This document shows, one piece after another, positions 1 through 8,682 of a DNA stretch of 64,000 nt. The stretch covers positions 268,625-332,624 of the forward strand of contig DAOSXA010000002.1 of assembly GCA_035380245.1 (NCBI GenBank), given 5' to 3'. Below the pieces are notes generated by a model. The model made no database searches. It saw only the letters and a program-made list of their open reading frames with translations, and was not told the DNA's origin. Every line of letters starts with the position of its first letter. Within the stretch, counting starts at the first letter, position 1. The position numbers were made by a program, and so were the translations under genes. The DNA is from Candidatus Zixiibacteriota bacterium. GTDB taxonomy: Bacteria > Zixibacteria > MSB-5A5 > GN15 > FEB-12.

Positions 1-24
1 ATAAAAAGACCGCCGTTGCAAAGC

Positions 25-1674
25 TCAGGAACGATTGCTGTTTTCTTCGGTCGCAGCCAACAGAGCTAGATTACGTCCGGCCTCCTTAGCCTTAAGTAAG
101 GCCATATCGGCAGCATAGATAAGTTTATCTCGATCATCACCGTTATCAGGATAAACCGCTCCTCCAAGGGAAACCGTACAAGAGATCGTACCGACAGCTT
201 CTACTTCAAATTTCCTGCCGGCAATATCCCGCTGGAGTCGTGTCATGAACTTCTCAGCCATCTCACTGTCGGTCTCCGGCATAATAATACAGAACTCATC
301 GCCGCCATAACGCGCGACGATGTCTATCGAACGGATCGACTGCCGCAGTACATAACCCAACTGCTGCAAGACCTGATCCCCGGCTTGATGTCCGTAGCGG
401 TCATTGATCACTTTTAATTCATCAAGGTCAAAGAGAATCAACGTCAGATGGCGCCGATAACGAGATGCCCGCGCTATTTCTTCATCGAGCCGTTTTAGCA
501 GATAGCGTTTGTTCGCCAAACCGGTCAGGTCATCAGTAAATGACATCTCCTCGATCCGATGGTATGAATCGGCTATTTCAAGAATCTGAGTGGCTTGCTC
601 ACGATGCATCGAGAGTCGCTTGTCGTCCAGCACCTTACGATCTCCCGAGAAAGCCAGAATCCCCTCCTGCTGGTCACTTAGTGAAAATGGCGCAACAAAA
701 TCAAATCCGGAATTCTTGAGCTGATCAAGTAACTTATCAGTCGTTTCATTGACTGGTTTAAAGCGCCCCAGATTGGTCGCTTCATCGTTTGCCAGTGACT
801 TGACAAGGGTTTCAAACGACTCAACCGATGGTGTCTCAATCGGTCCCTTTATTCCGCTCTTGACCAGTTTAAGACCGGTTTGACCGGTCCTGTTTCGATA
901 CAGGTAAACGGCCCGCCCTAATCCTAATTCCTCCCGCACTACCTGCAATATCTTGTGTACTAAGGCATCCGAATCGAGCTGTTTGACCAGGTGGAGTATC
1001 GATGTCTGTCCGTTTACCGGTGTTTCAACCGCTTCCACCTTCTGCTTGAGATCATCGACATTCCTCAGCAGTACCTCGCGCTTGGTTTCAAACCATTTGA
1101 TATGATAAGCCGCCGAAAGACATTGAGCCATCGATGCCAGGTGAGCGAGCCCATTTATATTGATCATTTTATCATTGGCGCGAATGAAATATATTCCATA
1201 CAGGTTTTCATGCCAGTATACAGGAAAAAACCAATCGGCCCCGGCCAGTTCCAGATTTGATCGCATAGTCGACGACAAGTGCTCCGAGAGATCACCAATC
1301 GGTCGCGGTCGAAAACTCAACTTAACCGTTTCGAATATCTGACGGCTGTACGCCATGCGGAAATCACGACGATTTAGTCCGATAAGACCATAAGAGTAGT
1401 TACAAATCAGATTCCCACGCTTCTTACGCATGAATACAATCAACTCACAGCCAAGATCCTCAATCATCATGTTCGACACACGTGAGGCAACTTGGGCAAT
1501 ATCCCCTCCCAGGGCATTGGCGCTGAGCAGGGTGAAGAAATCATCCTCTCTCTTAACCGCGCCATACCTGATCGAAGTACTGACGGAATGCAATCTGAAA
1601 TACAGCCATACCACAACACTGACTGCGACAGTCAACGCTATAACCAATAAACTGTCAATTCCGGTTAAACTCAT
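25..1674 (-). CDS. Membrane-anchored diguanylate cyclase (TM helix + GAF-like sensor + GGDEF)
   Basis: 549-aa ORF. N-terminal hydrophobic helix (LLVIALTVAVSVVVWLYF). C-terminal GGDEF domain with an intact active site (ARYGGDEFCI) and an RxxD I-site (RSID) five residues upstream. Confidence 0.85.
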   Translation of the reverse strand: MSLTGIDSLLVIALTVAVSVVVWLYFRLHSVSTSIRYGAVKREDDFFTLLSANALGGDIAQVASRVSNMMIEDLGCELIVFMRKKRGNLICNYSYGLIGLNRRDFRMAYSRQIFETVKLSFRPRPIGDLSEHLSSTMRSNLELAGADWFFPVYWHENLYGIYFIRANDKMININGLAHLASMAQCLSAAYHIKWFETKREVLLRNVDDLKQKVEAVETPVNGQTSILHLVKQLDSDALVHKILQVVREELGLGRAVYLYRNRTGQTGLKLVKSGIKGPIETPSVESFETLVKSLANDEATNLGRFKPVNETTDKLLDQLKNSGFDFVAPFSLSDQQEGILAFSGDRKVLDDKRLSMHREQATQILEIADSYHRIEEMSFTDDLTGLANKRYLLKRLDEEIARASRYRRHLTLILFDLDELKVINDRYGHQAGDQVLQQLGYVLRQSIRSIDIVARYGGDEFCIIMPETDSEMAEKFMTRLQRDIAGRKFEVEAVGTISCTVSLGGAVYPDNGDDRDKLIYAADMALLKAKEAGRNLALLAATEENSNRS

Positions 1675-1701
1675 TGATTGGATTCCTGCCGGGGCACGGC
1701 C

Positions 1702-1878
1702 TTAACCGCGACTGCCCCAAACATATCTGAAACGGGCTCTCTTGGTCAGCAGTCCCCGTTGCCGCAATATATTGAAAACCTGCCACCAGGACAGGATTTC
1801 ACCACCGTCACTATCATTAATTTCACGTTTGATCTGATTGATCGTTGCAAACGGATCATCGCGAATAATCCGCAGCAT
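1702..1878 (-). CDS. Candidate small (58 aa) basic, winged-helix-like protein, below the ORF-track length cutoff
   Basis: Hand translation of the 314-nt gap gives MLRIIRDDPFATINQIKREINDSDGGEILSWWQVFNILRQRGLLTKRARFRYVWGSRG. ATG is preceded by GGAG-N6. It is co-oriented with both neighbours and ends 27 nt before the GGDEF gene start. No homology search was possible. Confidence 0.4.
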   Translation of the reverse strand: MLRIIRDDPFATINQIKREINDSDGGEILSWWQVFNILRQRGLLTKRARFRYVWGSRG

Positions 1879-1988
1879 AATCGACTCCGGGTCATTGGCG
1901 CCGGTCTCCTTGCCGGTCCGGCGTTCAATCCCGACTGCCGTCTCGCCTGATCCGCCGCTGGAGAACTGGTCGACGACAGTAAACCTGG

Positions 1989-2378
1989 TTACATCCTGGT
2001 CTTTTTTTTTACTTCGGTTCCAGTCAGACTGGAAAAATCCGAGCGAGCCTCGTCTACCGAACTATACGCCTTGAGTACTTTATCGAATTCGAGCAAGTCG
2101 TATATCTCGTATACGTTCGGGATCATGTTCGCCAGCTTGATATCACCGGCATTAGCTCGTACGTCACGTATGTTGGAGATAAAAATACCCCAACCAGCCG
2201 AAGAAATATATTCGACCCCCGCCAGATCAACCACAACCCGATAACGCCCGCGCTTCATAAGGGTATCGAATACCTCTTCCAACTCGCGAGCCGTATTTGT
2301 ATCAATCACGCCATCCACACGGACTTCAGATACTTGTCCCGGTCCGGATTCAGACAGTGAGATTGAGATATTTTCCAT
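1989..2378 (-). CDS. STAS-domain anti-sigma-factor antagonist (SpoIIAA/RsbV-like)
   Basis: 129 aa. Contains the conserved phosphorylatable-serine motif region VEYISSAGWG and a typical STAS C-terminal half (IYDLLEFDKVL). Confidence 0.85.
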   Translation of the reverse strand: MENISISLSESGPGQVSEVRVDGVIDTNTARELEEVFDTLMKRGRYRVVVDLAGVEYISSAGWGIFISNIRDVRANAGDIKLANMIPNVYEIYDLLEFDKVLKAYSSVDEARSDFSSLTGTEVKKKTRM

Positions 2379-2466
2379 TTTATAAGACCGTTTTACCCTT
2401 GCGGTTAGACTTCACTAGAATAAAAACGAGTGAATGGGATTGGGCAAGAAAAAACTAGCGGGACAA

Positions 2467-4494
2467 TCAGATCTCCGGATCGTCCGGTGCCGAACTAATG
2501 GTAGCGGGGCCTTCTGTCTGATCAGCCTCCCCGGTAACGACAGCTCGGGCAATAATAAACGAAATATCATCCGCCGGTCCGGCAAATCCGGTAAAATCAT
2601 CCAGCTCCGCAACCAGCGCTTCACTGAGCGTATGAACCCCCTCACTGCCGTTGGCAACCAACCACTGGCGCAGGAACTTGGCGAGTCGATCCATACCGAA
2701 TTGTCGTCCTTCGCGATCGGCTGCTTCTGTAATGCCATCGGTAAAAATGAAGAACAGATCGCCGTTATGAAGCTCCATACGCCTCTCCTCCAGCGAATCA
2801 CCGAATCCCCCCTCTAGCGTGACCGGCATACCCAACGGCATTCCCGAAGGATTTATAGGCCGAACCTCATGGTCTTCAGCGGCAAAATACAGCATCGGAT
2901 TATGCCCGGCCGAAACCAGACTCAAGGAACGCTCGGCGGAATCATAAACCGCCAGCATAACGGTGATAAACATCCCCCCGGGCATATTCTTCTTCAGATA
3001 ACTGTCAACACGTATCAGTATGTTCCGAGCCGATTCCGCCCGCGCGGCGTGAATCTGAATCACCGTCCGGAGCATAGACATTACCAGTGAAGCCGGGACA
3101 CCTTTTCCGGAGACATCGGCCACGACCAGACAATAACGCCCGGGATCGATCTCGAATACATCATAGAGGTCTCCCCCTACCACTGAAGCCGCACGGTAAA
3201 AGGCATCGAGTTCCAGGCCGAAAATATCCGGCAACTCGTGCGGAAGCAGGGTCTGCTGAATCTGTGAAGCGACCTCGATTTCCTTCGCCAGCTTCTCACG
3301 GGCGACGATGTTCTTGCGGTCCTGGCTCAAACGCGTCATCATTTCGTTCAAGGCACGTGATATTTCGAAAAACTCCTCAGCGCCTCCCAGCGGCAATTCC
3401 GATTCCAGGTCACCGCTCGCAAATCGGCGTACCCGTTGCGTGATCCGCACGATCGGCCGGACGAAATAATTGGACAGGACATAAATCCCCAGCACCCCGA
3501 CAGCCAGCAGTAAAACCGTTACCAGTGAAGTTCGCCAGCGAGCTTCCGAGCGCTGTCTTAAAACCTCTTCCGAGGAATAAACGACATGCGCCTCGCCGAA
3601 CTGGCGCCGCCCCGAAAGAATCGGCCAGCTCAGATAGTTCAATTCACGCCCGTCCTCTTCGAACCGGATCGGTCCCGGACCGGCTTCGGTGGTATCGAGT
3701 CCGGGCGGAAGCACGAACGGTTTGCGTATATTGCGAGCGTCATCGCTGTGCGCACGAACGATTCCGAGCGTGTCGGTCAACACCAGCAGGTCCAACTCCG
3801 GATTGGCTCTGACATACGACACAACCAGCTCATCGAACTCGACATCCGAACGACTGCGGATAAAATAACCGGCGGCCTGATCGGCGACGGTCTTCACCAA
3901 CGACTGAACCGTATTGTCCAGACGATCCAGAATTTGATCCGAAGTCTGGCGATCGATATAGTAAAATGCTCCGCCGATAATCACCGAAACGATAAAGAAG
4001 GTCCAGATCGAGAACTTCATCCTCAACGACCACATACGGCGGATCAGTGGTCGCGTGTCGGCTTTCGTCTCCCCTAACCGTTTGATCATGCGAAGTTCAT
4101 TGCGACTGGCGGACGATATATATTCCACCGAGTCCATGATCTTCTGCATCATGTAAAATCCCAACCCTCCCTTACGTCCCGATTCGACCAGTTTCTCCAG
4201 GTCAATTTTCCCGGTCGAGTTGGGCTGAAAAGAACGCCCGAAATCTATAAAAGAGAAAACCACGAACTTGCGATAGATAACTATTCGCAGGCGCAGCACA
4301 CCCTTTTCGTAAAGATAAGCATGGCGAATGATATTTGTCGCCGCCTCCTCGGTTGCCAGTAGTACCGCCGAAATCTCTTTGCGTGACATGTTGGCGGCAA
4401 CACAAGCCTCACGGACGGTGCGTTGAATGCTGTCGAGATATTTCTCTTCGGCGGAGAATTCGGCGTTGATCTCTTTGACCGGTCGGCGAATCAT
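2467..4494 (-). CDS. Fusion sensor: RsbW-like HATPase kinase domain + 2 TM/periplasmic domain + HAMP + PP2C (SpoIIE-type) phosphatase
   Basis: 675 aa. N-terminal ~140 aa has an N-box (ATEEAATNIIRHAY) and a G-box (RKGGLGFYMM). Two TM helices (IWTFFIVSVIIGGAFYYI; LVTVLLLAVGVLGIYVL) flank a ~140-aa loop. A HAMP domain follows (RPIVRITQRVRRFASGDLE...). The C-terminal PP2C has the motifs GGDLYDV, VADVSGKG and FTDGITE. Confidence 0.8.
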   Translation of the reverse strand: MIRRPVKEINAEFSAEEKYLDSIQRTVREACVAANMSRKEISAVLLATEEAATNIIRHAYLYEKGVLRLRIVIYRKFVVFSFIDFGRSFQPNSTGKIDLEKLVESGRKGGLGFYMMQKIMDSVEYISSASRNELRMIKRLGETKADTRPLIRRMWSLRMKFSIWTFFIVSVIIGGAFYYIDRQTSDQILDRLDNTVQSLVKTVADQAAGYFIRSRSDVEFDELVVSYVRANPELDLLVLTDTLGIVRAHSDDARNIRKPFVLPPGLDTTEAGPGPIRFEEDGRELNYLSWPILSGRRQFGEAHVVYSSEEVLRQRSEARWRTSLVTVLLLAVGVLGIYVLSNYFVRPIVRITQRVRRFASGDLESELPLGGAEEFFEISRALNEMMTRLSQDRKNIVAREKLAKEIEVASQIQQTLLPHELPDIFGLELDAFYRAASVVGGDLYDVFEIDPGRYCLVVADVSGKGVPASLVMSMLRTVIQIHAARAESARNILIRVDSYLKKNMPGGMFITVMLAVYDSAERSLSLVSAGHNPMLYFAAEDHEVRPINPSGMPLGMPVTLEGGFGDSLEERRMELHNGDLFFIFTDGITEAADREGRQFGMDRLAKFLRQWLVANGSEGVHTLSEALVAELDDFTGFAGPADDISFIIARAVVTGEADQTEGPATISSAPDDPEI

Positions 4495-4549
4495 ATGGGG
4501 AAACTACCGCAGGAAAGGCCTTGAAGCCAGAAAAAAAGGGTAAAAGCCG

Positions 4550-6502
4550 TTATTGCTCGGACTCCAGCCGGCTTTTTGCCGTAGCGATATCCTCAGCTAC
4601 GGAGGGATGTGAAGGATCGGCACGCAGGACCTTTTCCCAGGTATCGATGGCTTTCTGGTACTCACCGTTACGATAGTAGTTGAGGCCTTCCTGGTAGAGC
4701 AACTGAATCGCAGCATCGGTTTGCGGGGTGGCACTGTCTTTGCCGGCTTGTCCCGATCGCCATTGAGTAACCAGATTGGCGATACGCTGAACCACCCGGC
4801 GACGTCCTTCGAGAGCAGCCTGATATGTGGAATCTAGTAAAAGCGCTCGGTTGTAGCTCTCAATAGCAGTAACTAACGAATCCATCTGTTCAGCCTGCAC
4901 CGCTGATTTTATTGTCATATCTCGATCCATGTTGCGTCGATTGGCAATCGTCTTACGCAATTCCTGTAGCTTCCAGGAAAGCTCCTGCATCCTTTCGCGA
5001 CTCGCAGGGGCAACATGTATATATGCCTGGATATTCTCATCCATTCGGTCAATAATCTTCTCAGCAGAGGTGTATTGGCGATCACGGAAGATACCGTCGG
5101 CGACACCGTAATATCCCTGAATTTGGTCGCCGGCCATAACCAGGGTTAAATCAAGTTCTTTCCGGAGGGAATCAACAATCACGTCGCTTGTTCCGGCTAA
5201 TGAGTCTTGTTGCTTTTTGAACTCCTCGTTCAATTCACGACGCAATTGAGCCATTTCATCCTGAAAACGATTGTGAATATCTTTCTCAGCAAGTGCTTCC
5301 AGAGAATCAGATGCTGCTTTGGAACCATCCACGGCCTCAGTACCACGTCCCGGTTCAGCAAACAGAACTGCTCGGTCAAACGCTTTCTGCGCTTCCCGAT
5401 ACTCGCCTGTTTTCATATACACCTTGCCGTTAGCAATAAGATCCCGATACTGCTCTCTACGATATTCCGCCAGCACCGAATCAGGATTAGGGCCGGTCTT
5501 CGGAATCAACTTCAAAGGTTGTATCTTGACCGACACCGTATGACGGTAATCATCATAACCCATATCATCCTGATTGCGGGCAACGGCATAATCGACACTC
5601 CACCAATTCGTACCTAAGCCGCCCCCGGCAGTCACTCCCTCGCCGTTATAACCACCACGGAGTTTAACATCATACCCCCGCCAGAGACGATAGTCGGATT
5701 CCACTCCGAGCACCAAACGACCGTCATCTTCAGTATCGTCATCGACCATCAGCAAATCCGCTGAAACCAACAGCCCGAGTCTGGGGGCTACCGAAACGTT
5801 CTTATAGCTGGCGCCTACCGCCAATCGCCAGACCGGACTAGCGATATTATCTTCGGATTCAATATCATCAAACGATATGACATCGCAAGTAGCGAGACCT
5901 ATTGCCCAGTGTTGATCGAACTGATAGCGGGCGCCCAGATCCATCGTTACGCCGTATTCAGTCTCACCATCGATCAAGCGACGATTCAGCTTGATTGTGG
6001 ATCCCAACGCATAACCGGTGGGAAACTCGTGAGCAGCCGATAGTTGTACCTGCAATTTCGAGTCATCATAGACCGATACCTGTCGACCCGATTCGAGGAT
6101 GTTCTTACGATCCTGAACTCGCTGCACTGCCAAAGCCAGCACTGTTCTCGAACCGGGGATAAAACGTCCGGCTATAAAACCACCCTCGGAGTTCGTGTAA
6201 CGAGAGAAATAGGAAAAGTCACCCGAGAACCATACCTTGTCGATACTGCCCAGTCCTGCCGGATTGTAAAAACTCGAGGCCGGGTCACCCGTTATAGAAC
6301 TGAACGCTCCCCCCAGAGCTATCGCCCGAGCTCCGAAACCACCCCGATATGCAGTCTCAACACCGTCTTCACCTGCCCAAACCGACATGCCCAGGCACAG
6401 CACCATAGCCAGCAGAAGGCTCGTCCAGAGACAGCGATTGCGTGTGGTGTTTACTACTCTCATTCTCGTGCGGTTCTGACTCGCTTGGTATTGTTGAAAC
6501 AT
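4550..6502 (-). CDS. Secreted outer-membrane beta-barrel-like domain fused to a coiled-coil/TPR C-terminal half
   Basis: 650 aa. Signal peptide (LLLAMVLCLGMSVWAGE). N-terminal FadL/PorV-like signature (GARAIALGGAFSSITGDPASSFYNPAGLG) and alternating beta-strand pattern to about residue 330. Then a helical region with TPR-like repeats (YMKTGEYREAQKAFDRAV; YYRNGEYQKAIDTWEKVLRADP). Confidence 0.6.
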   Translation of the reverse strand: MFQQYQASQNRTRMRVVNTTRNRCLWTSLLLAMVLCLGMSVWAGEDGVETAYRGGFGARAIALGGAFSSITGDPASSFYNPAGLGSIDKVWFSGDFSYFSRYTNSEGGFIAGRFIPGSRTVLALAVQRVQDRKNILESGRQVSVYDDSKLQVQLSAAHEFPTGYALGSTIKLNRRLIDGETEYGVTMDLGARYQFDQHWAIGLATCDVISFDDIESEDNIASPVWRLAVGASYKNVSVAPRLGLLVSADLLMVDDDTEDDGRLVLGVESDYRLWRGYDVKLRGGYNGEGVTAGGGLGTNWWSVDYAVARNQDDMGYDDYRHTVSVKIQPLKLIPKTGPNPDSVLAEYRREQYRDLIANGKVYMKTGEYREAQKAFDRAVLFAEPGRGTEAVDGSKAASDSLEALAEKDIHNRFQDEMAQLRRELNEEFKKQQDSLAGTSDVIVDSLRKELDLTLVMAGDQIQGYYGVADGIFRDRQYTSAEKIIDRMDENIQAYIHVAPASRERMQELSWKLQELRKTIANRRNMDRDMTIKSAVQAEQMDSLVTAIESYNRALLLDSTYQAALEGRRRVVQRIANLVTQWRSGQAGKDSATPQTDAAIQLLYQEGLNYYRNGEYQKAIDTWEKVLRADPSHPSVAEDIATAKSRLESEQ

Positions 6503-6599
6503 CTATTGTTTCGTTCCCCTGTCGCCACTGATTTGCTGTCAGTGATCTACCCCAAAACAGCATCGAAGGTATTTCGACACTATTCCTTGAACAAATAAA

Positions 6600-6614
6600 G
6601 CAAAGATTGTGCCG
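6600..6614 (-). promoter_or_regulatory. Sigma54 (-24/-12) promoter upstream of the OM beta-barrel/TPR gene
   Basis: Minus-strand sequence is cGGCAC-aatct-TTGCt. GG and GC elements have exact consensus spacing (TGGCAC-N5-TTGCW). It lies about 98 nt upstream of the ATG at 6502, in a 339-nt AT-rich gap. Confidence 0.6.
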
Positions 6615-6841
6615 TTCAATAACTTGAGACCTATACAGCTATCGGAAATCCGTTCTCGATATGTATTACTTTATTGAGTCTGCCTAACCTATACAACAAC
6701 AAAAAGATGACACCACGAACATATTCGTGGACGGCATAAATTTCCCACCAGAATCATTGGGCTAATAGTAGTACGGCTGTAGCCGCCGCACCTATGTGCA
6801 ATTATTGCGCAGACACCTGCAACCCACTCCCCTAAATCGAC

Positions 6842-7747
6842 TTACCTGGCCTTCTCCGCGGCCGTAACGGTATTGAACATCAACATGGCGATTGTCATCT
6901 TCCCCACTCCACCTGGAACGGGCGTAATATAAGATGATTTCGGTGCGCATGCTTCGAAATCAACATCACCGACATTCCGATAGCCTTTCTCTTTAGAGGG
7001 ATCTTCAACGCGATTGATCCCGACATCGACAATCACCACTCCATCCTTGATCATATCCGGCTTGATGAAATTCGCCCGGCCAATGGCAGCAATCAAAATA
7101 TCGGCTCGGCGGGTTACCTGAGGCAAATTGCGAGTACGCGAATGAGCAAAGGTGACGGTTGCATTGGCCATCGGAGCTTTCTGCAACAACATCGCTCCAA
7201 TCGGTTTGCCGACAATGTTTGATCGGCCAACAATGACTACTTCCTTGCCTTCCGGATCGATTCCGTAGTATTCCAGGAGTTTTATAATCCCAAAAGGAGT
7301 GCACGGCAACGGTCCCGGTCGTCCGATCAACATGAGACCGACATTGTGCGGATGAAAACCGTCAACGTCCTTTTCCGGTGCGATCGTTAAAGTAACCCCC
7401 AGTTCATCCAGATGACCGGGTAACGGCGACTGTACCAAAATTCCGTGGATTTTCGGATTGGCATTGAGCTTCTTAACGATTCCGATCAATTCTTCCTGAG
7501 AAATATCAGCCGATCGGGTTATCACCTCGGAATACAAACCGAGCTTGGCGCAGGCTTTAGCCTTGCTGTCGACATAAGTCTGCGAAGCCGGATCATCCCC
7601 AATCAGCACCGCTGCCAGACCGGGTATAATCCCGCGTTCGGCTAATGCGGCAATGCGCGCCTTGAGTGATTTTTTGACCTGCGCGGCAACAACTTTGCCG
7701 TCAATCAACTGATATGTCGTCGTCGCTTGATTCATCCTCTTGTTCAC
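6842..7747 (-). CDS. folD: Bifunctional methylenetetrahydrofolate dehydrogenase/cyclohydrolase
   Basis: 301 aa. Begins with an IDGK..AAQ N-terminus typical of FolD and shows full-length FolD-like sequence (GRSNIVGKP, PVPGGVG). The track start is a GTG overlapping ymdB by 47 nt; the ATG at 7735 is an alternative. Confidence 0.9.
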   Translation of the reverse strand: MNKRMNQATTTYQLIDGKVVAAQVKKSLKARIAALAERGIIPGLAAVLIGDDPASQTYVDSKAKACAKLGLYSEVITRSADISQEELIGIVKKLNANPKIHGILVQSPLPGHLDELGVTLTIAPEKDVDGFHPHNVGLMLIGRPGPLPCTPFGIIKLLEYYGIDPEGKEVVIVGRSNIVGKPIGAMLLQKAPMANATVTFAHSRTRNLPQVTRRADILIAAIGRANFIKPDMIKDGVVIVDVGINRVEDPSKEKGYRNVGDVDFEACAPKSSYITPVPGGVGKMTIAMLMFNTVTAAEKAR

Positions 7748-8567
7748 CCAGAATATCTTGAGGTTTGAAAGTATCGATATCGAAATCGAATCGGAACTGC
7801 TCGATCTTAACGGCCTGGCCGTTGGCTGGATTCACATCGACAAAAACTCCGCTGAGTTTGACATCATCGGTGGCGGTCGTGAATCGTTTCGGCATTCCGG
7901 TGAGCAGACGTCCCAGCGAAGGCCCCTTCTGCATCCCGATCACCGAATCGTGCGGTCCGGTCATACCGGCATCGGTCAGATAGGCGGTGCCCCGTTCGCT
8001 GATTTGGTTGTCGACCGTCTGAACATGCGTATGTGAACCGATCAAGGCCGATACCTTACCGTCCAGGAAATGAAACATCGCCTGTTTTTCAGCGGTGGCT
8101 TCGGCATGGAAATCGACGAAAATGATATTCGCTTTCGAACCGATCTTTAGCAATTCTCGATTGGCCGTTTGAAACGGGCAGTCGATTTCCTTCATGTAAA
8201 TACGCCCCTGGAGGTTAAGAACCCCTACGGCAATGTCGCCGACTTTATCGACCATCGAGCCGACTCCCGGAGCGCCAATTGGAAAATTCGCCGGACGCAA
8301 CAGTTTGGGATTCTTTTCGCTGAGATAGTCGAGAATATCAACCCGGTCCCAGATATGATTGCCCGAAGTCTGCATGTCGATACCGTACGAAAACATTTTG
8401 ATCGACATCTCCGGTGTGATCCCGAATCCCCCGGCAGCGTTTTCGACATTGGCGATGACGTAATCCACACCGTGTTTTTCACGCAACGGCTTGATCATGT
8501 GGGAGCAGGCCTGGCGGCCGACGCGACCGCAGACATCGGCCACGTAAAGAATGCGGAAGTTCGACAT
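7701..8567 (-). CDS. ymdB: YmdB-family metallophosphoesterase (2',3'-cyclic-nucleotide phosphodiesterase-like)
   Basis: 288 aa. N-terminus is ILYVADVCGRVGR, followed by GNHIWD and HAEATAEK motifs typical of the YmdB family. It sits immediately downstream of rny, as in Bacillus. Confidence 0.85.
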   Translation of the reverse strand: MSNFRILYVADVCGRVGRQACSHMIKPLREKHGVDYVIANVENAAGGFGITPEMSIKMFSYGIDMQTSGNHIWDRVDILDYLSEKNPKLLRPANFPIGAPGVGSMVDKVGDIAVGVLNLQGRIYMKEIDCPFQTANRELLKIGSKANIIFVDFHAEATAEKQAMFHFLDGKVSALIGSHTHVQTVDNQISERGTAYLTDAGMTGPHDSVIGMQKGPSLGRLLTGMPKRFTTATDDVKLSGVFVDVNPANGQAVKIEQFRFDFDIDTFKPQDILGEQEDESSDDDISVD

Positions 8568-8648
8568 GAGGCGAACTTTCTAAGGTGAGACGAGTTATTC
8601 GCCCGGCCGAGGGCTCCCACCTGTCACCCTGCAGCCCGGTATTATCAG

Positions 8649-8678
8649 AACCCGGCGTCGTCAAAACAATGCCGGGTT
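8649..8678 (-). other. GC-rich inverted repeat just after the rny stop (possible attenuator or processing hairpin)
   Basis: AACCCGGC-N14-GCCGGGTT, an 8-bp perfect stem 5 nt downstream of the rny stop. No U-tract follows, so it is not a canonical terminator. Confidence 0.3.
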
Positions 8679-8682
8679 GTCA

